Source: Planctomycetia bacterium
Lineage (GTDB): Bacteria > Planctomycetota > MHYJ01 > WSZJ01
Length of the DNA stretch: 64,000 nt
Direction: 5' to 3'
Assembly: GCA_020849035.1 (NCBI GenBank)
Contig: JADLHC010000085.1
Location: 11,053 to 75,052 of the forward strand
Position numbers and translations under genes: made by a program. Within the stretch, counting starts at the first letter, position 1, and every line of letters begins with the position of its first letter. The notes beneath the pieces are model-generated. The model searched no databases. It was not told the origin of the DNA and saw only the letters and a list, made by a program, of their open reading frames with translations. Shown piece after piece: positions 60,847 through 64,000 of this stretch.

Positions 60847-62178
60847 TTACTCCCGATGAACGGCGGCGGCGCCGGCGGCGGCGGCCTTGAGGCTGGCCTC
60901 GGCGATCTTCGGGCTGGTGAAAGCAGAGATGGCCGCGCGGAGAGCGGCGACCGGGTAGAGGCCCGAGTCGGCGAGGAGGAACGCGAGGGCGGCGGTGCAG
61001 AGCGAGAGGCGGCCGGCGTCCTTCGTGAGCTCGCGCGACGGGAGGCGCCGGACGCGCGCGGCGGTCGGGGGGAGCTCGAGGTCGTCCACGGCGTAGAGCG
61101 TGGACGTGGCGGGAAGGGCCGCGACGGTGTCGCGCGTGCGGCGGAGGCCGTCTTCGGAGAGCAGGACGAAGAAGTCCGGGCGCTCGATGCCGGTGTAGTC
61201 CACGCGTTCGGGACTGAGGTTCACCTCGGCGACGGAGTGGCCGGTCTGCACGGTGATCGGGTAGTCGTCCTTCTGCGTCGCGTGCAGCCCTGCGAACATT
61301 CCCGCCTGCGCGAACAGCGCCGCGGACGACTTGATCTTCTGGCCGGCGCTTCCCGCGATGACGATCCCGGTCTGCCGGGAGACGGCGTGGGGAAAGCGCG
61401 GCTCGATGCCGGGCGAAGGCCGCGGCGGCTTCGCGGAGGCGAGAACCTCGCGGAGGCGCGCCGTGTACTCGGGGCGCGGACGGTCCACGACCTTCCCCGT
61501 CGTGAGCCCGTGCGCGCCGAACATCTCGAGCAGCTCCTTCTTCTTGAACTGGTTCCGCGGCATGTAGTACGCGGTGCACAGCTCCCACACGTCCACCATC
61601 GCGAACCCCGGCTGCGCGATCGCGTCCGCGAGCACGTCCGGCAGATCCGGGTCGAACATCGTCGCGCGCCAGACCCACGGCGCCCCCGCCGCCGCCGCCG
61701 TCGCGCACAGGTCCATCGGCGCCTCAGGGTTCCCCGCGGGCGTCGAGCTCGTCAGCCCTTCCTCCGGCGTCGTCACCGAGTGCTGGCCGCCGGTCATTCC
61801 GTAGTTGAAGTTGTTCCCGACGAGGAGGGTGATGCCGATGTTGCGGCGGGCGACGTTCAGGAAATGCGCGCCGCCGATGCCGGCCGCGCCGTCGCCCATG
61901 AGCGTGATGACCTTGAGCTCCGGCCGCGCGAGTTTCAGCCCGCACGCGTAGGTGATGGAGCGGCCGTGCAGCCCATGGAAGGCGTGGGTCGTGAAGTAGC
62001 GGTCGGAGAGGCCGATGCATCCGATGTCGGTCACGACGACGACGCGCCGCGGGTCGAGTTGCAGCTTCACCAGCGCCTTGTCCAGCGCGTGCGTCAGCGT
62101 CGTGTGGCCGCACCCCGGGCAGAACGGCAACGGACCGATGCGGTCCGTCATGTAGCTGGCGATCGCGGGCGCGCTCAC
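60847..62178 (-). CDS. korB: 2-oxoacid:ferredoxin oxidoreductase beta subunit with a C-terminal gamma-like domain
   Basis: GTG 62178 (GTGA overlap with korA; an alternative ATG is at 62151). FCPGCGHTTL...VTDIGC...LMGDGAAGIGGAHFLNVARRNIGITLLVGNNFNYGMTGGQ. Then IVIAGSAGQKIKSSAALFAQAGMFAGLHATQKDDYPITVQTGHSVAEV. Confidence 0.85.
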   Translation of the reverse strand: MSAPAIASYMTDRIGPLPFCPGCGHTTLTHALDKALVKLQLDPRRVVVVTDIGCIGLSDRYFTTHAFHGLHGRSITYACGLKLARPELKVITLMGDGAAGIGGAHFLNVARRNIGITLLVGNNFNYGMTGGQHSVTTPEEGLTSSTPAGNPEAPMDLCATAAAAGAPWVWRATMFDPDLPDVLADAIAQPGFAMVDVWELCTAYYMPRNQFKKKELLEMFGAHGLTTGKVVDRPRPEYTARLREVLASAKPPRPSPGIEPRFPHAVSRQTGIVIAGSAGQKIKSSAALFAQAGMFAGLHATQKDDYPITVQTGHSVAEVNLSPERVDYTGIERPDFFVLLSEDGLRRTRDTVAALPATSTLYAVDDLELPPTAARVRRLPSRELTKDAGRLSLCTAALAFLLADSGLYPVAALRAAISAFTSPKIAEASLKAAAAGAAAVHRE

Positions 62179-63302
62179 AGGAGCCCCCCCTTCCGGAGGA
62201 TCTCGTCGGGCGACAGCAGCGTCGTGTCCATCTTGCAGACGCCCTCGACCTCGACGCCGTCCGGCGCGAGCCGCTCCACCTCCTGCCGGTACTGTCCCAT
62301 GTTCATCTCCGGCACCACGACGCGCTTCAGCCCCCGCATCGCCGCGCGCAGCGCCTTCTCCGGGCACGGCCAGAGCGTCTGCAGGACGAGCGAAGAGACC
62401 TTCCGGCCTCGGCGGCGCGCCTCGCGGACGGCGACGGCGACCGAGCGGGAAGTGACGCCGTAGCTGACGACGAGTGTGTCGGCGCCGTCCTGGAGGTCCT
62501 CTTTGACGAGCGCGATCTCGTCGGCGGCGGCGTCGATCTTGGCCGCGAAGTGGTCGACCATCTCCTGGATGACGGCGGGGCGGCTGGTGAGGAAGCCGTC
62601 CTTGTCGTGCATGGAGGTGGTGAAGCGGGTGATCGTGTCGCCGCCGAAGTCGGCGAAGGCGGGGACGTCGGCTGGGTTGTCGAACTGGTGGGGGCGGAAG
62701 CCCTCGGCGGCGGGCGGGGCCTTGACGCGGTCGAAGCGCGGCGGGAGCGGCACGGCGTCGAGGTCGGCGGACTCGCGGGCGATGCCGAGCTCGGCGTTGG
62801 AGAGGAGGAAGACAGGCGTACGGAACTTCTCGGCAAAGTTGAACGCGACGAAGGTCAGCAGGTATGCGTCCTCGACGGTCGCGGGGGCGAGGGCGATGAC
62901 GGGGAGGCCGCCGGAGGTGACCCAGCGGGTGAACTGGACGTCGCCGTCGGCGCCGCGGGTGGCGGAGCCGGTGGCGGGCCCCTGCCGCTGGACGTTCACG
63001 ATCACGAGCGGCGTTTCGCCCATGACGGCGAGCCCGATGTTCTCGCTGTAGAGGCTGATGCCGGGGCCACTCGTCGCGGTCATGGCCTTGCGCCCGGCCA
63101 TCGCGGCGCCGATGCAGAACCCCATGGAGGCGATCTCGTCCTCGGCCTGGATGACCACGCCGCCGCGCGGAGGGAGATCCTCGTTCAGGTAATGGAGGAT
63201 GGAAGAGGCGGGGGTGATGGGATAACCCGCGAAGAAATCGCAGCCGGCGCGGACCGCGGCGCGCGCGATCGCCTCGTTCCCCTCGACGAATTCGAACGCC
63301 AA
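62175..63302 (-). CDS. korA: 2-oxoacid:ferredoxin oxidoreductase alpha subunit
   Basis: TTG start. FVEGNEAIARAAVRAGCDFFAGYPITPASSIL...AEDEIASMGFCIGAAMAGRKAMTATSGPGISL. Confidence 0.9.
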   Translation of the reverse strand: MAFEFVEGNEAIARAAVRAGCDFFAGYPITPASSILHYLNEDLPPRGGVVIQAEDEIASMGFCIGAAMAGRKAMTATSGPGISLYSENIGLAVMGETPLVIVNVQRQGPATGSATRGADGDVQFTRWVTSGGLPVIALAPATVEDAYLLTFVAFNFAEKFRTPVFLLSNAELGIARESADLDAVPLPPRFDRVKAPPAAEGFRPHQFDNPADVPAFADFGGDTITRFTTSMHDKDGFLTSRPAVIQEMVDHFAAKIDAAADEIALVKEDLQDGADTLVVSYGVTSRSVAVAVREARRRGRKVSSLVLQTLWPCPEKALRAAMRGLKRVVVPEMNMGQYRQEVERLAPDGVEVEGVCKMDTTLLSPDEILRKGGLL

Positions 63303-63443
63303 AGGTCGGCGCTCCTCTCTGTGGCGTGTTCATCGTAATCCGCGCGGGAGCGCCGTCAACGCCGCGATTTCCGGAACATCCTCGACATCCTCGAGGCTGA
63401 GATTCCAGGCAACGGGACCTTGTTAGACTCCGCGCCCTCCCGC

Positions 63444-64000
63444 GTGCCCACCACCGCCAAGCTGCTCGCCACCATGGCCCTCTGGGGCGGCACCTTCGTC
63501 GCCGGCCGGCAGCTTGCCGGCGTCGTCCCGCCCTTTGCCGCCGCCTTCTGGCGCTTCGCGATCGCCTCGGTCCTCCTCCTGGCGCTTCTCCGCTCCTCGG
63601 AACGCCGCTGGCCCGCGCTCACCGGCCTGCAGGCCCTCGCGATGCTCCTCCTCGCCCTCACGGGCGTGTTCGGCTACAACGCGTTCTTCTTCACGGGCCT
63701 CCAGCACATCCCCGCCGGCCGTGCGGCGCTCATCGTCACCCTCAATCCCGTCGGCATCGCGGTCCTCTCCGCGCTCGTCGGTGCCGAGCCGCTCCGCCCG
63801 GTCCGCGTCCTCGGCGTCCTTGTCGCCGTCGCCGGCGCGGCCATCGTCATCACGCAGGGACGGATCTCCTCGATCGGCACCGAGGTCGGCCCCGGCGAAC
63901 TCGCGCTGCTCGGCTGCGTCGGCTGCTGGGCCGCGTACTCGGTCCTCGGCAAGCGCGCGATGAAGGACCTCTCGCCGCTCGCCTCGGTCGCGTACGCCGC
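63444..64000 (+). CDS. EamA/DMT-family transporter, N-terminal part (3' end outside window)
   Basis: This frame is absent from the ORF track because it has no stop before nt 64000. The translation is AKLLATMALWGGTFVAGRQLAGVVPPFAAAFWRFAIASVLLLALL...GRAALIVTLNPVGIAVLSALVGAEPL...VLVAVAGAAIVITQG. The start is uncertain (TTG 63420, GTG 63444 or ATG 63474). Confidence 0.8.
   Translation, partial: MPTTAKLLATMALWGGTFVAGRQLAGVVPPFAAAFWRFAIASVLLLALLRSSERRWPALTGLQALAMLLLALTGVFGYNAFFFTGLQHIPAGRAALIVTLNPVGIAVLSALVGAEPLRPVRVLGVLVAVAGAAIVITQGRISSIGTEVGPGELALLGCVGCWAAYSVLGKRAMKDLSPLASVAYA

Noticed and set aside
1-64000. tRNA, rRNA, transposase, integrase, phage or CRISPR-Cas content
   Set aside because: I checked the intergenic regions by eye (all are shorter than 280 nt) and read all ORF translations. 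Nothing resembled these classes. A tRNAscan/Infernal run would be needed to exclude small RNAs formally.

Overview
This is a high-GC (roughly 70%), densely coded bacterial chromosomal window with about 65 genes. I recognised no rRNA, tRNA, CRISPR array, transposase or integrase. Most of the long ORFs on the opposite strand are Arg/Gly/Pro-rich shadow frames of real genes.

The dominant content is a minus-strand flagellar cluster at 4.3-23.6 kb. In transcription order it reads: small ORF, flgF, flgG, flgA, flgH, flgI, flgJ-like rod-binding gene, flgN, flgK, flgL, fliW, csrA, then a lower-GC plus-strand insert, then fliC, flaG, fliD, fliS. A separate ftsB-like/fliM/fliN group lies at 50.1-51.7 kb.

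The rest is housekeeping:
- C1 and cofactor metabolism: fhs, folD, folK, panC
- Lipid and isoprenoid synthesis: psd, pssA, ispE
- Translation and RNA-related genes: rpmB, tsaB, ybeY, spoVG
- Other: tatA/B, trpG/pabA, uvrC, gpmA, alr, selA, korAB

The window also carries three Ser/Thr kinases, a vWA protein, HEAT/TPR proteins and several secreted or lipoprotein hypotheticals.

Items most worth a second look:
1. FliD (1204 aa), FlgL (805 aa) and FlgK share two repeated insert modules.
2. A 2.9 kb lower-GC insert (ECF sigma factor, a coupled 483-aa membrane protein and a 170-aa ORF) splits the conserved csrA-fliC adjacency. The fliC leader still shows CsrA-type GGA sites.
3. A tandem array of 10-nt units, each containing GGAGG, lies in the flgH-flgI spacer. 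It also fits a G-quadruplex pattern.
4. A Ser/Thr kinase-like protein carries tandem MshEN-type (c-di-GMP receptor-like) motifs, a zinc ribbon and a GYF domain, and has a degenerate catalytic loop.
5. A long purine/pyrimidine-arm hairpin lies just upstream of fliW-csrA.
6. A lower-GC two-gene nucleotidyltransferase cassette lies next to selA.

All domain calls come from reading the translations by eye. No database search was run. Taxonomy cannot be fixed from this window; the gene content is compatible with a PVC/Planctomycetota-like or other diderm lineage.
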